Source: an uncultured Candidatus Saccharibacteria bacterium (GTDB lineage Bacteria > Patescibacteriota > Minisyncoccia > Phycocordibacterales > CSBR16-193). From it: a DNA stretch of 64,000 nucleotides. The stretch covers positions 7,067-71,066 of the forward strand of contig CAZLGQ010000001.1 of NCBI GenBank assembly GCA_964559575.1. Direction: 5' to 3'. A program made the translations under genes and the position numbers. Positions within the stretch are counted from its first letter, which is position 1. Every line of letters starts with the position of its first letter. Under the pieces are notes generated by a model, which was not told where the DNA came from, did no database searches, and saw nothing but the letters and a program-made list of their open reading frames with translations. Shown here piece after piece: positions 37,740-47,586 of the stretch.

Positions 37740-37856
37740 GGCTATCCTCTCCTCTACTCTCGGGCCAGAATTTTTATTTGACAAAGAACTAACTATAAGT
37801 CCAATCAAAAAAATACCACTTTATAGAAAAAAAAGTCAAAACAATTTTACTAAAAA

Positions 37857-38585
37857 TTACTTTAAATAAGCTTTTATTAAAACCTCTTCTCCAGCAATTG
37901 AAATAGTATCAAATAAAGATAATGGAGAAATATCTTCTTTTTTTATAGCAATAGGTAACTCGGTACAACCAAGAACCACAGCTTCTGCTCCTTCAGAAAC
38001 CATTCTATCTATTATTTTTTTTAACAAGATAACCTCCTTCTCTCCATTAGAACCAGACATTACGGTTAATATTATATTATTTATTATCTCTTGCTCTTTA
38101 TCTGTAGATAAAACAGGTTCAATTCCTTTACTTATCGCCATATTTTCATACAGCTTTAAATTTTTAGTACTTTCAGAATTTAATATTGCCACTTTTTTAA
38201 AACCTTCATTCAAAACCTGATCAATGGTTTTTTCAATTAAATTAACTATAGGAACATTAATTGAATTTTGCATATCTTCATAAAAATAATAAACAGTATT
38301 ACAAGCAATTACTATAAAATCACTACCGGCATTTTCCAATTTTTTTAAACCTTCTATAAGTTGTTTTTTAACCAGATCTTTATCAACAAAACCGGTTTCA
38401 TCAAAACCTTTTAATGGTAAATTATATATAAGAATCGGTGGATAATCACTGTCCTGTTGAGCACCATAAACATCTTGCGCTATCTTAACTATTCTTTGAT
38501 AAATACAGACACTTGCCTCGGGACCAATACCACCTAAAACACCTAAAGTCTTACCATTAACTTTATACTCAAACTTTTTGGACAT
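37857..38585 (-). CDS. Asp/Glu racemase family protein (putative aspartate racemase)
   Basis: GVLGGIGPEAS near the N-terminus and VVLGCTELP near the C-terminus (the two catalytic-Cys regions of the Asp/Glu/hydantoin racemase fold). Length is 242 aa. Confidence 0.65.
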   Translation of the reverse strand: MSKKFEYKVNGKTLGVLGGIGPEASVCIYQRIVKIAQDVYGAQQDSDYPPILIYNLPLKGFDETGFVDKDLVKKQLIEGLKKLENAGSDFIVIACNTVYYFYEDMQNSINVPIVNLIEKTIDQVLNEGFKKVAILNSESTKNLKLYENMAISKGIEPVLSTDKEQEIINNIILTVMSGSNGEKEVILLKKIIDRMVSEGAEAVVLGCTELPIAIKKEDISPLSLFDTISIAGEEVLIKAYLK

Positions 38586-38616
38586 ATTATATATAAAAAA
38601 TATTTAATATTAAAAA

Positions 38617-38826
38617 CTACTCCTCATTTAATTTTCTATCCCCTATAAGTTCATCTAAAACCTTTCTCTGAACCTCTCTACACTCATCACAAATAGTGCA
38701 ATGAGTAAAAACAGCATTCCTTTCAAAGGGAGTTAGTTCTCTTTCTCTTTCTTTTTCTATTAATCTTAAAACTTCTTCACAAGAAAGGTTGCCCCAAGGT
38801 CCTTTTTTATTTTTATTTTTTTCCAT
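38617..38826 (-). CDS. Small zinc-finger protein with anti-sigma-factor-like HX3CX2C motif
   Basis: 69 aa containing FTHCTICDEC (H-x3-C-x2-C). Confidence 0.3.
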   Translation of the reverse strand: MEKNKNKKGPWGNLSCEEVLRLIEKERERELTPFERNAVFTHCTICDECREVQRKVLDELIGDRKLNEE

Positions 38827-38858
38827 AAATAATATATAACAGATAATAATTTAAAATA

Positions 38859-40085
38859 CTAATTTTGATCATCTTCTTGTTCTACAAAAACATACATAGT
38901 TCCCAGATCTTTTTTTCTTCCCATAAAAGTACTTATTTCCTGAATATCACTTGCTATTTTTTTTGTATTTTTATCAATATTTTTTTTATTTAAAACATCT
39001 TCCTCACTAACACCTCCAAAAGTAAAAGATCTTTCCGAAACTGGTTCACAACTAAAAATAATCGCAGAAGAATTTTTCCCCGTAACGCTTTCTGTATTAT
39101 TTAAATGTATTTCTGTATCTTCCACTACTTTACTATCCAAACCTTCAAAATCCTCTCCATCAAATGGAAGATCTTTTAACAGATCATTTAACTTTAAACC
39201 ACTATCATCAACTTCTTTATAAGTGTCTTTAAGTTTATGTCTTGTTTTTACCTGAATACCATAAACAGAAGATTCTAAATTAGAGCCGAATTCCACAAGA
39301 TCATTTAAGGAAAAATCTTTATAAAAAAACTCTTCTATTTCTTCTTTTTTTTCTTCATTAGTATCTGGATCAATAGAAATTAGATCAATTTCATTTTCCG
39401 CATCCATTCTAGGCGGAGGAAAATAAGCTTTTTTTCCCATTGATTCAATGTGACTATATGCATCAGCAAGACTTACAACTCCTCGTTTAAATGATTCATA
39501 ATCTTCTTCCGAACCAAAAGCTCTCCTACCATAAGAATCAAGTTTTCCTTCAATGTTTTCTAAGTTATCAAAATGTCTTAGATAATACTGAGCCATAAAC
39601 TGTTGTAAAGCTGCATTTTCAGTATTTCGTTTAAGTGAATCAATACTCTTTTTCTTTTCTAGGCCCTTTCTATTTGCATAAAAAGATAAAAGAGTATGAC
39701 CTTCAAAAAATTTAGCTGTTTTTTGAGATTCTTCTATAATAGTTTCTTTCTCCTCTTCTGATAAATAACTTGCAAAATCCAGCATCTCAACTAAAGTTTT
39801 ATGAAGAGATATATAATCAAGAGCTGATCTTCTGGCAAAAAGGTCCACCATTCTTAGTCTCTCATGAGAACTAACAGACTCTAAAGAATCATCAAAAGCA
39901 CGCTTAGTTACTGTTTCCATTTCATTAAAACGAGTTTTTATTTCTTTTACTATATCTTCAGCTTTCGGCTCTTTTTCCAAAAGTGTTAAAAATCTATCAA
40001 TAGATTCATCTTCAAAAAAATTATCTTCAACAGATTCTTTATTATTTATTTCTTTTTTAGAAAACTGCTTTTCAAATGATTCCAT
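38859..40085 (-). CDS. Hypothetical protein (acidic, helical)
   Basis: 408-aa ORF with native composition. No family was recognised. Confidence 0.35.
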   Translation of the reverse strand: MESFEKQFSKKEINNKESVEDNFFEDESIDRFLTLLEKEPKAEDIVKEIKTRFNEMETVTKRAFDDSLESVSSHERLRMVDLFARRSALDYISLHKTLVEMLDFASYLSEEEKETIIEESQKTAKFFEGHTLLSFYANRKGLEKKKSIDSLKRNTENAALQQFMAQYYLRHFDNLENIEGKLDSYGRRAFGSEEDYESFKRGVVSLADAYSHIESMGKKAYFPPPRMDAENEIDLISIDPDTNEEKKEEIEEFFYKDFSLNDLVEFGSNLESSVYGIQVKTRHKLKDTYKEVDDSGLKLNDLLKDLPFDGEDFEGLDSKVVEDTEIHLNNTESVTGKNSSAIIFSCEPVSERSFTFGGVSEEDVLNKKNIDKNTKKIASDIQEISTFMGRKKDLGTMYVFVEQEDDQN

Positions 40086-40153
40086 AGATGTAAGTATAAC
40101 AAAAAACAGCCCTTATTAAAGTAAGAGCTGTTTTATTTTAAATAAATATTATT

Positions 40154-40813
40154 TTACTCTTCATCCTCACCATTTTCTTCTTCCTTTTCTCCATTTTCCT
40201 CCTCTTCTTCTTCACTTTCTACAACTCCACCACTTACACAAGTAGCGTGTTCTATTTTTCCTCTCGTCTTAGGTCCCACCTGACCATAACCGGTCTCTCT
40301 AGGAGATCCACCAGAAACTATATCCTCAGAAGCTTGATAACTCTGAACTGCTTCTTCGGTAACAGAACCAAAATATCCGGTTATTTCAGGATATTCAAAA
40401 AAACCTTTTTCTTTTAGATAAGTTTGTAACTCTTCAACATCTTCTCCGGAATCTCCATGTCTCAATACACGAGTTATACGAAGACAGGCCATAACCTGTT
40501 TAGCTCTATCACTGGCAGCTTCAGGAAGTTCAGGTTTTTCTGTTCTTGACCTTTTTTCTTTATCATCATCCTCAGACTCTTCTTTATCTGACTCTTCCTC
40601 AGTAGATGTATCATTTTTACCCTCAAGAGTATTTCTAACTGTTTCTATAGTATCTTCATCTACATCAAAAGATACCAAAAGATCCACCACCGACTCAATT
40701 TGATCTTCAGTTAAACCTGACTCTTCTTTATCTACTTCTTCTTCAGCAGAAACACCAACTGCCATAATAGCAAATACCATTATGGAGACACTAAAAAATC
40801 TTAATTTATTCAT
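40154..40813 (-). CDS. Secreted highly acidic protein with a peptidoglycan-binding (PG_binding_1-like) domain
   Basis: N-terminal signal-peptide-like MNKLRFFSVSIMVFAIMAVGVSA, poly-E/D tracts, and DVEELQTYLKEKGFF...GYFGSVTEEAVQSYQ, which resembles the PG-binding domain 1 repeat. Confidence 0.5.
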   Translation of the reverse strand: MNKLRFFSVSIMVFAIMAVGVSAEEEVDKEESGLTEDQIESVVDLLVSFDVDEDTIETVRNTLEGKNDTSTEEESDKEESEDDDKEKRSRTEKPELPEAASDRAKQVMACLRITRVLRHGDSGEDVEELQTYLKEKGFFEYPEITGYFGSVTEEAVQSYQASEDIVSGGSPRETGYGQVGPKTRGKIEHATCVSGGVVESEEEEEENGEKEEENGEDEE

Positions 40814-40975
40814 AATAATTAATAACTTTTTAAACTTATAATATTACTTATAATAAACCTAAAATAAATAAAAAAAAAATCAAAATATCCACAATTAATA
40901 AATTAATGCTTATTAAACCTTATTTAAAAGACGTATAAAAATTAAAATAATATAAATAAAAACTTTTATTTATAT

Positions 40976-42412
40976 TTAAAAAACAATATCCCAATCTGTT
41001 GATTTAGGCGTATCTTGAATAGATATACCTTTAGATATAAGTTCTTCTTTTACACCATCAGCACTTTTATAGTCTTTTTTATCTTTAAAAGAATTTCTGA
41101 TCTTTATCTTTTCCTCAACATAAGAAGGATCCACACCTCTATCTTGAAGAACTTTATTTTTTACATTAGAAACGTAAACCGACGGATCCTCATTGAATAA
41201 TCGAAATACTGATGATATTTCTTCAAAAGTTTTAAAAAAGAACGAAACTATAATCTCCTTCTGTTCAATAGAATAACTATTTGAATAAATGACCTTATTT
41301 AATTCTTTAAAAACTTCATTTACTTCTGAAAGCGCTTTTGGTGTATTAAAATTATCATTCATTGAATTACAAAATTTACTTTCAAAATTCAAAAAAACAT
41401 CCGGTACTCCTTCTTCTTTTAAAATCTTTTTACTTTTTAAATCGGATGCTTTAAGAAGAGTACTATAAAAATAATAAACCCTTTTTCTGGCATTTAAAAA
41501 TATTTCTTCAGAAAAATCTATACTTGACCCATAACCATGAGTTAAAATCACATAACGTACCTCATCTGTAAAATATTTTTTTAATATATCCTTTACAGTC
41601 AAAAAATTACCTAAGCTCTTGCTCATTTTAGTTCCCTCGTACGTAACCATACCATTATGAAGCCAGTAATTAACAAACCTTTTTTCTTCAAAAGCTTCAC
41701 TTTGAGTAATTTCATTTTCATGATGTGGAAATATTAGATCAATACCTCCTCCGTGAATATCTATCTGATCTCCAAGATATTTTTTTATCATTGCCGAACA
41801 CTCAATATGCCAACCAGGTCTCCCTTTAGACCAAGGAGATTCCCAATAAGGTTCCCCTTCTTTATGGGGCTTCCATAAAACAAAATCATTTTTTTCTTTT
41901 TTATTTAAAGATTCTTCTGTATTTACAAGATCTTCTTTTTTTCTGTTAGATAGTTTGCCGTACTCTGGAAATTTACTAATATCAAAAAAAACTTCACCTT
42001 CTACAACATAAGCATAACCTTTATCTATTAATCCTTGAATAAATTTAACAATATCATCCATACACTCAGTAACTTTGGGTTGGTATGTTGCATCTTTTAC
42101 TTTTAAATATTTAAGATCTTTTAAACTTTCTTTAATATAATACTCACTTATCTCATTACTCTTTTTTCCATCTCTGTTGGCTCTATCAATTATTTTGTCA
42201 TCAACATCTGTAAAATTTCTTACATACCAAACCTTATATCCCAAATACTCAAAATAGGCCCTTATTACATCATAAACAATAGCCTGCTTTGCATGACCAA
42301 TATGCATTTCATCATAAGGAGTAATTCCACATGAATACATCTTAATTTCCTTTTTAATTATAGGTTTAAAATCTTCTTTTTTTCTGGTAAGTGAATTATA
42401 TACTTTTATCAT
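40976..42412 (-). CDS. cysS: Cysteinyl-tRNA synthetase
   Basis: MYSCGITPYDEMHIGHA (HIGH), KMSKSLGN (KMSKS) and Zn-binding Cys residues. Confidence 0.9.
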   Translation of the reverse strand: MIKVYNSLTRKKEDFKPIIKKEIKMYSCGITPYDEMHIGHAKQAIVYDVIRAYFEYLGYKVWYVRNFTDVDDKIIDRANRDGKKSNEISEYYIKESLKDLKYLKVKDATYQPKVTECMDDIVKFIQGLIDKGYAYVVEGEVFFDISKFPEYGKLSNRKKEDLVNTEESLNKKEKNDFVLWKPHKEGEPYWESPWSKGRPGWHIECSAMIKKYLGDQIDIHGGGIDLIFPHHENEITQSEAFEEKRFVNYWLHNGMVTYEGTKMSKSLGNFLTVKDILKKYFTDEVRYVILTHGYGSSIDFSEEIFLNARKRVYYFYSTLLKASDLKSKKILKEEGVPDVFLNFESKFCNSMNDNFNTPKALSEVNEVFKELNKVIYSNSYSIEQKEIIVSFFFKTFEEISSVFRLFNEDPSVYVSNVKNKVLQDRGVDPSYVEEKIKIRNSFKDKKDYKSADGVKEELISKGISIQDTPKSTDWDIVF

Positions 42413-42553
42413 ATTAATATTTTACAACATTTTCTTTTATTACTCTATGATATTTTTTAAAAAATCCATACTACCCTTCTTTTAAAACCACAAAAATTAA
42501 CGGTTATTCGTAATAAATGTTAAATTAAAATCAATAAAATTAATTAAGTACCT

Positions 42554-43183
42554 ATGAGATATCAAATTATTACCTTAATTTCAATTACCTTTATTGTAAT
42601 CGGAGGTCTGTTTTTCATTCAAAATATTGATACCAGATATTTATCTGAACACCAAAAAGACATTAACTTAAGTAGCGTTGAAAAAGAAATAAAAAAACTA
42701 CCTCATAAATTAAATATTGAAAATAGAACAGTTGTTTTTGATAACCATACAGTAACCCCCACATCCAGAAAAGATTATAAAAAATTACCCTACAAAAAAG
42801 AAAGTAGTGATCAAAATGAATTTATAGAATCAAAAATTAAATTTAAAGAAAATGAAAGTCCAATAAAATTCATCGAAAGGTTTGTTAAAAAAAACATGCC
42901 TCCAAAAGAAAAGTTGGAAAAGCATGTTAAAAGAATGTATAAACAAGATGTTTCTTTTTACAAAATAAAAAAAGACAAAACTGATCTTTACTCTGGAAAA
43001 GAAGGGCTTTTTGCCCAAGTTAGAATGATGGGATTTCCGGATAAAAATATAGGAGGTAAAGAAAATAGATTTGATTTTATTAAAACAGAAAAAGGTTGGA
43101 CACTGGTTTGGCAAGGAAAAAGAATATTCTGTCGAAGACCTAATGAGCATTTTTGGCAGCCTTCTAATAAAAAATGTCCTTAG
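42554..43183 (+). CDS. Membrane-anchored protein, paralog of 55707..56366 (shared C-terminal FCRRPxxxFWQPxxKxCP motif)
   Basis: N-terminal TM helix. The C-terminus ENRFDFIKTEKGWTLVWQGKRIFCRRPNEHFWQPSNKKCP aligns with the other copy. Confidence 0.4.
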   Translation: MRYQIITLISITFIVIGGLFFIQNIDTRYLSEHQKDINLSSVEKEIKKLPHKLNIENRTVVFDNHTVTPTSRKDYKKLPYKKESSDQNEFIESKIKFKENESPIKFIERFVKKNMPPKEKLEKHVKRMYKQDVSFYKIKKDKTDLYSGKEGLFAQVRMMGFPDKNIGGKENRFDFIKTEKGWTLVWQGKRIFCRRPNEHFWQPSNKKCP

Positions 43184-43199
43184 TTATATAAAAACTATC

Positions 43200-44216
43200 T
43201 CAATTTACACCAAGAAGACTCTCAACTTTATTTATCGTATCACGAGCTTGAGATGATGCTTTTTCTTCACCTGAACTTAAAACCTCTTTTACTTTTTTAT
43301 CATCTATCTTTTTTCTTCTTTCTTGAAACTGATTAACAAAAGAGATCACAGCTTTAGAAACTGATCTTTTAAAATCAACCATTACCTTTTCTCCCTTTTC
43401 ATGCCTTTTTAAAATTTCTTCTATTTCCCTTGAAGCTTCTGCTGAAATGATCTTAGTAAGAAAAGCTAAACTATCTATCTTTTCTGACCTCTCTCCCGGA
43501 TTGGCGGTCTCGGCTCTTTTTATTTTTTTCTCTATAGTTGCTTCACTATCGGTAAGAAATATAGCATCTTCCGGATAACTTTTTGACATCTTACCTTCAC
43601 CTCTTAAGGCAAGAATATTAACCGGTTCAGCACGATTCAAACACTCAGGTACCACAAACACATCTCCATATTTAGAATTAAAATCTTTAGCTAATTCTCT
43701 TGCTACTTCAACATGTGAAAATTGATCTTTTCCAACCGGAACTAATTTTGCTCTTTGAAGCAAAATATCAGCAGCCATCATAATAGGATAACCGGCAAGT
43801 AAAGCACTTGCCTGTTCAGGATTTTGACCCCTTTTTAATTTATCTTTCAGTGTAGGTACCCTGATAAGACGAGAAATAGTAATATGTCTTTCAAGATATA
43901 ACTTTAAAAGGGCTACTTCATAACGAAGAGCTTTTTGATCAAAAATAGTTACACTATCCGGATCTAGCCCTAAGGCTAAATAATCCTTAACTATAGCATT
44001 TACATTAGACATCACTTCCGAAGGCTCCTTATCGGTAAGACCGTGCATAGTTGCAACAAAAACAAAAGTTGGGTTTTTCTTCTTTTGTAACTCTAAAAAA
44101 GGAATTACTGATCCTACAAAATTAGCAATAGTTAAATTACCGGAAGGTCTTATTCCGGTAATTATCAACCCTTCTTCATCAGTTGATTCTTTTTGTTTAT
44201 ATGTATTCATGATCAT
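43200..44216 (-). CDS. trpS: Tryptophanyl-tRNA synthetase
   Basis: ITGIRPSGNLTIANFVG (class I N-terminal motif region) and GKMSKS. Length is 338 aa. Confidence 0.85.
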   Translation of the reverse strand: MIMNTYKQKESTDEEGLIITGIRPSGNLTIANFVGSVIPFLELQKKKNPTFVFVATMHGLTDKEPSEVMSNVNAIVKDYLALGLDPDSVTIFDQKALRYEVALLKLYLERHITISRLIRVPTLKDKLKRGQNPEQASALLAGYPIMMAADILLQRAKLVPVGKDQFSHVEVARELAKDFNSKYGDVFVVPECLNRAEPVNILALRGEGKMSKSYPEDAIFLTDSEATIEKKIKRAETANPGERSEKIDSLAFLTKIISAEASREIEEILKRHEKGEKVMVDFKRSVSKAVISFVNQFQERRKKIDDKKVKEVLSSGEEKASSQARDTINKVESLLGVN

Positions 44217-44271
44217 TAAATTATATCAATTAAATAGTAGTAAATAAATATTATCTATTTAAATTTAAAGT

Positions 44272-45480
44272 TTAGTTATATAAATTCCTCTTTTTCATTT
44301 TATAAACCTCTACATTTTTAAAAACTTCAAAGGGGAACTTTATCCCGACTTCATGTCCTTTTTTGGCGCTTTTAACTTCTTTATTTTCTATTTCCATACG
44401 AGAAACCTTTACCTTCTCTACTCCTATTCTGTCATCAATAATAAAAATCTCTTCTCCTATCTTTAATTTATCGGATAGTCTTATAGAAGCTGTTTTAGCT
44501 TTTGGATAAACGTGAACAACTCTACCTAATAAACTTTTATAATAATCAGACATAGAATTTTCAACCTCAGAAAAATCACTCGGTGTGGGTTTACCTAAAT
44601 AAAAACCGGAAGAAAATCCTTTATTATAAACCAACTGCAATTCCTTCATTAACTCAATAACTCTTTCTTTACTTATTTTATTATCAAGAGCTTCTCTGTA
44701 AACTCTTATTACAGTATCAACATATAACGGATCTCTGTTTCTTCCTTCTATTTTAAAAGCTTTTACTCCGGCTTTTTTTAATTTATCAATAAAGGGTAAG
44801 GTGCACAGATCTTTAGCTGACATAACTTTATTATTCTCTAAATTAAGTTCATGTCCATATCTTTCATCTATGACCTTATAAGATCTTCTGCAAGGATGGA
44901 AACACTCACCTCTATTACCTGATCTGTTATGTAAAAATTGACTAATAAAGCATCTACCGGAAACCGAAACACACATGGCACCATGAATAAAAACCTCAAT
45001 TTCCAAACCTTCAACTTTTGATATTTCTTTTATCTGATCAATATTAAGTTCTCTGGCTAAAACTATTCTTTTAGCACCATGTTTTTTATAAAACTCAGCC
45101 GTTTCTTTATTAGCAACAGAAGCTTGGGTTGATATAAAAAAAGGAACTTTATACTTTTTACATAAATTAATTACTGCAAAATCCCAACATATGACCGCAT
45201 CAACCTCTCCCGCTACTTTTTTCACTATAGATTCAAGCTTCTTTAATTCTTTATCATAAACAATAGTATTTAAAACCAAATATATTTTAGGTTTTCTTGG
45301 ATAAGAATCGCATATCTCTCTTATCTTTTTTATATCCGAAACACTAAAATTCTTCTTACCAGCTCTCATGGTAAAATCCTCAACACCAAAATAAACAGCA
45401 TCGGCACCAGCCCTGCATGCTGTAATAAGAGAAGTAAAACTCCCTACAGGAGCCATCAATTCATAATTCTCTTTATTCAT
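44272..45480 (-). CDS. Peptidase U32 family protein (collagenase-like / RlhA-type)
   Basis: N-terminal ELMAPVGSFTSLITACRAGADAVYFG and further U32 core regions. Length is 402 aa. Confidence 0.7.
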   Translation of the reverse strand: MNKENYELMAPVGSFTSLITACRAGADAVYFGVEDFTMRAGKKNFSVSDIKKIREICDSYPRKPKIYLVLNTIVYDKELKKLESIVKKVAGEVDAVICWDFAVINLCKKYKVPFFISTQASVANKETAEFYKKHGAKRIVLARELNIDQIKEISKVEGLEIEVFIHGAMCVSVSGRCFISQFLHNRSGNRGECFHPCRRSYKVIDERYGHELNLENNKVMSAKDLCTLPFIDKLKKAGVKAFKIEGRNRDPLYVDTVIRVYREALDNKISKERVIELMKELQLVYNKGFSSGFYLGKPTPSDFSEVENSMSDYYKSLLGRVVHVYPKAKTASIRLSDKLKIGEEIFIIDDRIGVEKVKVSRMEIENKEVKSAKKGHEVGIKFPFEVFKNVEVYKMKKRNLYN

Positions 45481-45560
45481 ATATAAATAATATTACACAG
45501 ACAAAACAATAATTCAAAAAAAATTAGAAATATACTTCCACTACAACTCAAACATCTATA

Positions 45561-46403
45561 TTAATCTCTAAGACGCTGTCCGGACAAACCAACAAACTCA
45601 TAACCCCTCTCTTTTAATACTTTAACTCCTTCTTTTACTCCTTCAACTATATCACTCTCCGGATGATTCATATGTATTAAAATTATTGACCCCGGCCCGG
45701 CTCTACTGAACTCTTTCTTTATCTGTTCCTTACTAAAAGTAGCACCGGCATCTCCTGCTATATTAAATCCTGCTACATAAAGCCCCAACTCCTTTGCAAT
45801 ACCTGTACATACCTCATCATAATATGCGGTTCCTGAACGATAAAACTTAGGTCTTCTTCCAGTTATTTTTTCTATCTTTAAACTATTGTCCTCTATCTCT
45901 TCGATCACTTCTTTCACAGACTTCGTACCTTTAGCTCCGTAAGCATACTCACCGTTTACCGAGCACGGCTTATGATTTAATCCGTGGTTCTCAATAGTAA
46001 AAAGATCATTTTCAGATAATTCCTCCGTCACTTCAGGAAACTTATCAAGCCAAAGACCGGAAGCAAATATAGTAGCGGGAATCCCTTCTTCCATTAAATA
46101 TTTAAGAAGATCTTCATCATATTTTTTTTCACACGCATCTAATGTAAGAGCGATCTTTTTTTCTTCCGTATCTAGTCTGTTGTACACTCCACTTACTTTT
46201 TCTCCCCATTCCTTCGGTTTTATTCCTTGAAATTTACTCTCTAAATCACCCAATACATCATCTTTTTCTTCTAAAGCAGATTCAACACTATCCTCTTTAT
46301 CAATAACCACAACCTCCTTATTGGTTTCTCTCATAAAAAGAAAAAAACCAACGATAAAAACCCCGACCAAAACAACAATGATCAATGGTCTTGTATTTAG
46401 CAT
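45561..46403 (-). CDS. Polysaccharide deacetylase family protein (membrane-anchored)
   Basis: N-terminal TM, TLDACEK, NHGLNH and SIILIHMNH His-containing motifs. Confidence 0.5.
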   Translation of the reverse strand: MLNTRPLIIVVLVGVFIVGFFLFMRETNKEVVVIDKEDSVESALEEKDDVLGDLESKFQGIKPKEWGEKVSGVYNRLDTEEKKIALTLDACEKKYDEDLLKYLMEEGIPATIFASGLWLDKFPEVTEELSENDLFTIENHGLNHKPCSVNGEYAYGAKGTKSVKEVIEEIEDNSLKIEKITGRRPKFYRSGTAYYDEVCTGIAKELGLYVAGFNIAGDAGATFSKEQIKKEFSRAGPGSIILIHMNHPESDIVEGVKEGVKVLKERGYEFVGLSGQRLRD

Positions 46404-46413
46404 ATTCTAAATA

Positions 46414-46959
46414 TTATTCCATAATAAAGACGGCCGCCGCTACAGTTGTAGTCCAAAGACCATTCTTATTAACCTTTGCTGACTTAGTTATATTTTTAGT
46501 CTCAAAGATATGACCCGAAGCCTTGTAAACCTGCTCTCTTTCTTTCCAAGCTATATCAGGATCAAAATCAATTCCAAGAGTTGTTGCTAACATTGTAGCT
46601 GCAAGATCCTCCGCATACTCCCCAGCCTCATTTTCTTTTTCCCCAAATGAATGATGCTCCGAAAGATATCCATACCTACTTTCCTCTTTAGGTATAGCTA
46701 AACCAACAGAAGATGCCATTAAACGATCTGGTTCATTACTCTCAGATCTAGACATGACACAGAAAGTCACCTCTCCCGGATGAAGATACTTCACTCCCTC
46801 ATTTTTAGAAATTATCTTACAACCCGGAGGGAATATTGAAGATACGCAGACTAAATTACACTTTTCTATCTTCGCTCCTCTTAAAGCTAACTCAAAGCTA
46901 GCTAACTTATCTTTATGTACACCTACTCCTTTTGTTAAAAAAACTTTTTTGGGAACCAT
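46414..46959 (-). CDS. pdaD: Pyruvoyl-dependent arginine decarboxylase (PdaD-like)
   Basis: [47 protein letters not shown] matches the PdaD pattern, including the SS self-cleavage site (VSSI). Length is 181 aa. Confidence 0.55.
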   Translation of the reverse strand: MVPKKVFLTKGVGVHKDKLASFELALRGAKIEKCNLVCVSSIFPPGCKIISKNEGVKYLHPGEVTFCVMSRSESNEPDRLMASSVGLAIPKEESRYGYLSEHHSFGEKENEAGEYAEDLAATMLATTLGIDFDPDIAWKEREQVYKASGHIFETKNITKSAKVNKNGLWTTTVAAAVFIME

Positions 46960-47028
46960 TTTTTTGACAATTTATTTTTTAAATTACTTTTAACAATCTA
47001 TCCTTATTTTTTTAATTATACAACTAAG

Positions 47029-47499
47029 CTATTTATTCACATTATTTTTAATCATTTGTGCAAACTCTTTAACATTTTCCAGGTCTTTCTCATTAGGCCT
47101 TCCTTTATTTATACCTCCTATAATTTTTAAAATACTGTAATTATCATAACCTAAACAGTTAAAATCCCCTATTATTTCAAATTTCTTTTCTTCCAAGATC
47201 TTTCTAAATTTATCATGAGAACGGTTAAAAATATTATTTCCTTTCATACCACTTGTAGAAAAAAAGAAAACTTTTTTACCCTTCATTATCGGTAAACTAC
47301 TAACCAAATCTAATAACCCTTTATGAAAATTAGTTAAATATATACCGGAACCAAATCCCACTACATCAGGCATCTCTATTTCTTTCTTATCTATTTCAAA
47401 TAATTTAAATATATCTGCTTCCAAAATAGAACCGATCTCCTTAGCTATCTTTTCTGTATTACCGTAATACATTGAAGCATAAATAATAGTTATTTTCAT
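47029..47499 (-). CDS. Flavodoxin-like fold protein
   Basis: MKITIIYASMYYGNTEKIAKEI (flavodoxin-like N-terminus). Length is 156 aa. Confidence 0.5.
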   Translation of the reverse strand: MKITIIYASMYYGNTEKIAKEIGSILEADIFKLFEIDKKEIEMPDVVGFGSGIYLTNFHKGLLDLVSSLPIMKGKKVFFFSTSGMKGNNIFNRSHDKFRKILEEKKFEIIGDFNCLGYDNYSILKIIGGINKGRPNEKDLENVKEFAQMIKNNVNK

Positions 47500-47586
47500 A
47501 TTAAATTTGATTTTATTTATTTTGATTTTATTCTATTTTAACATTCTTTAAAAAAGATCCACTATTTCTAAACCTTATTTTTTTAA

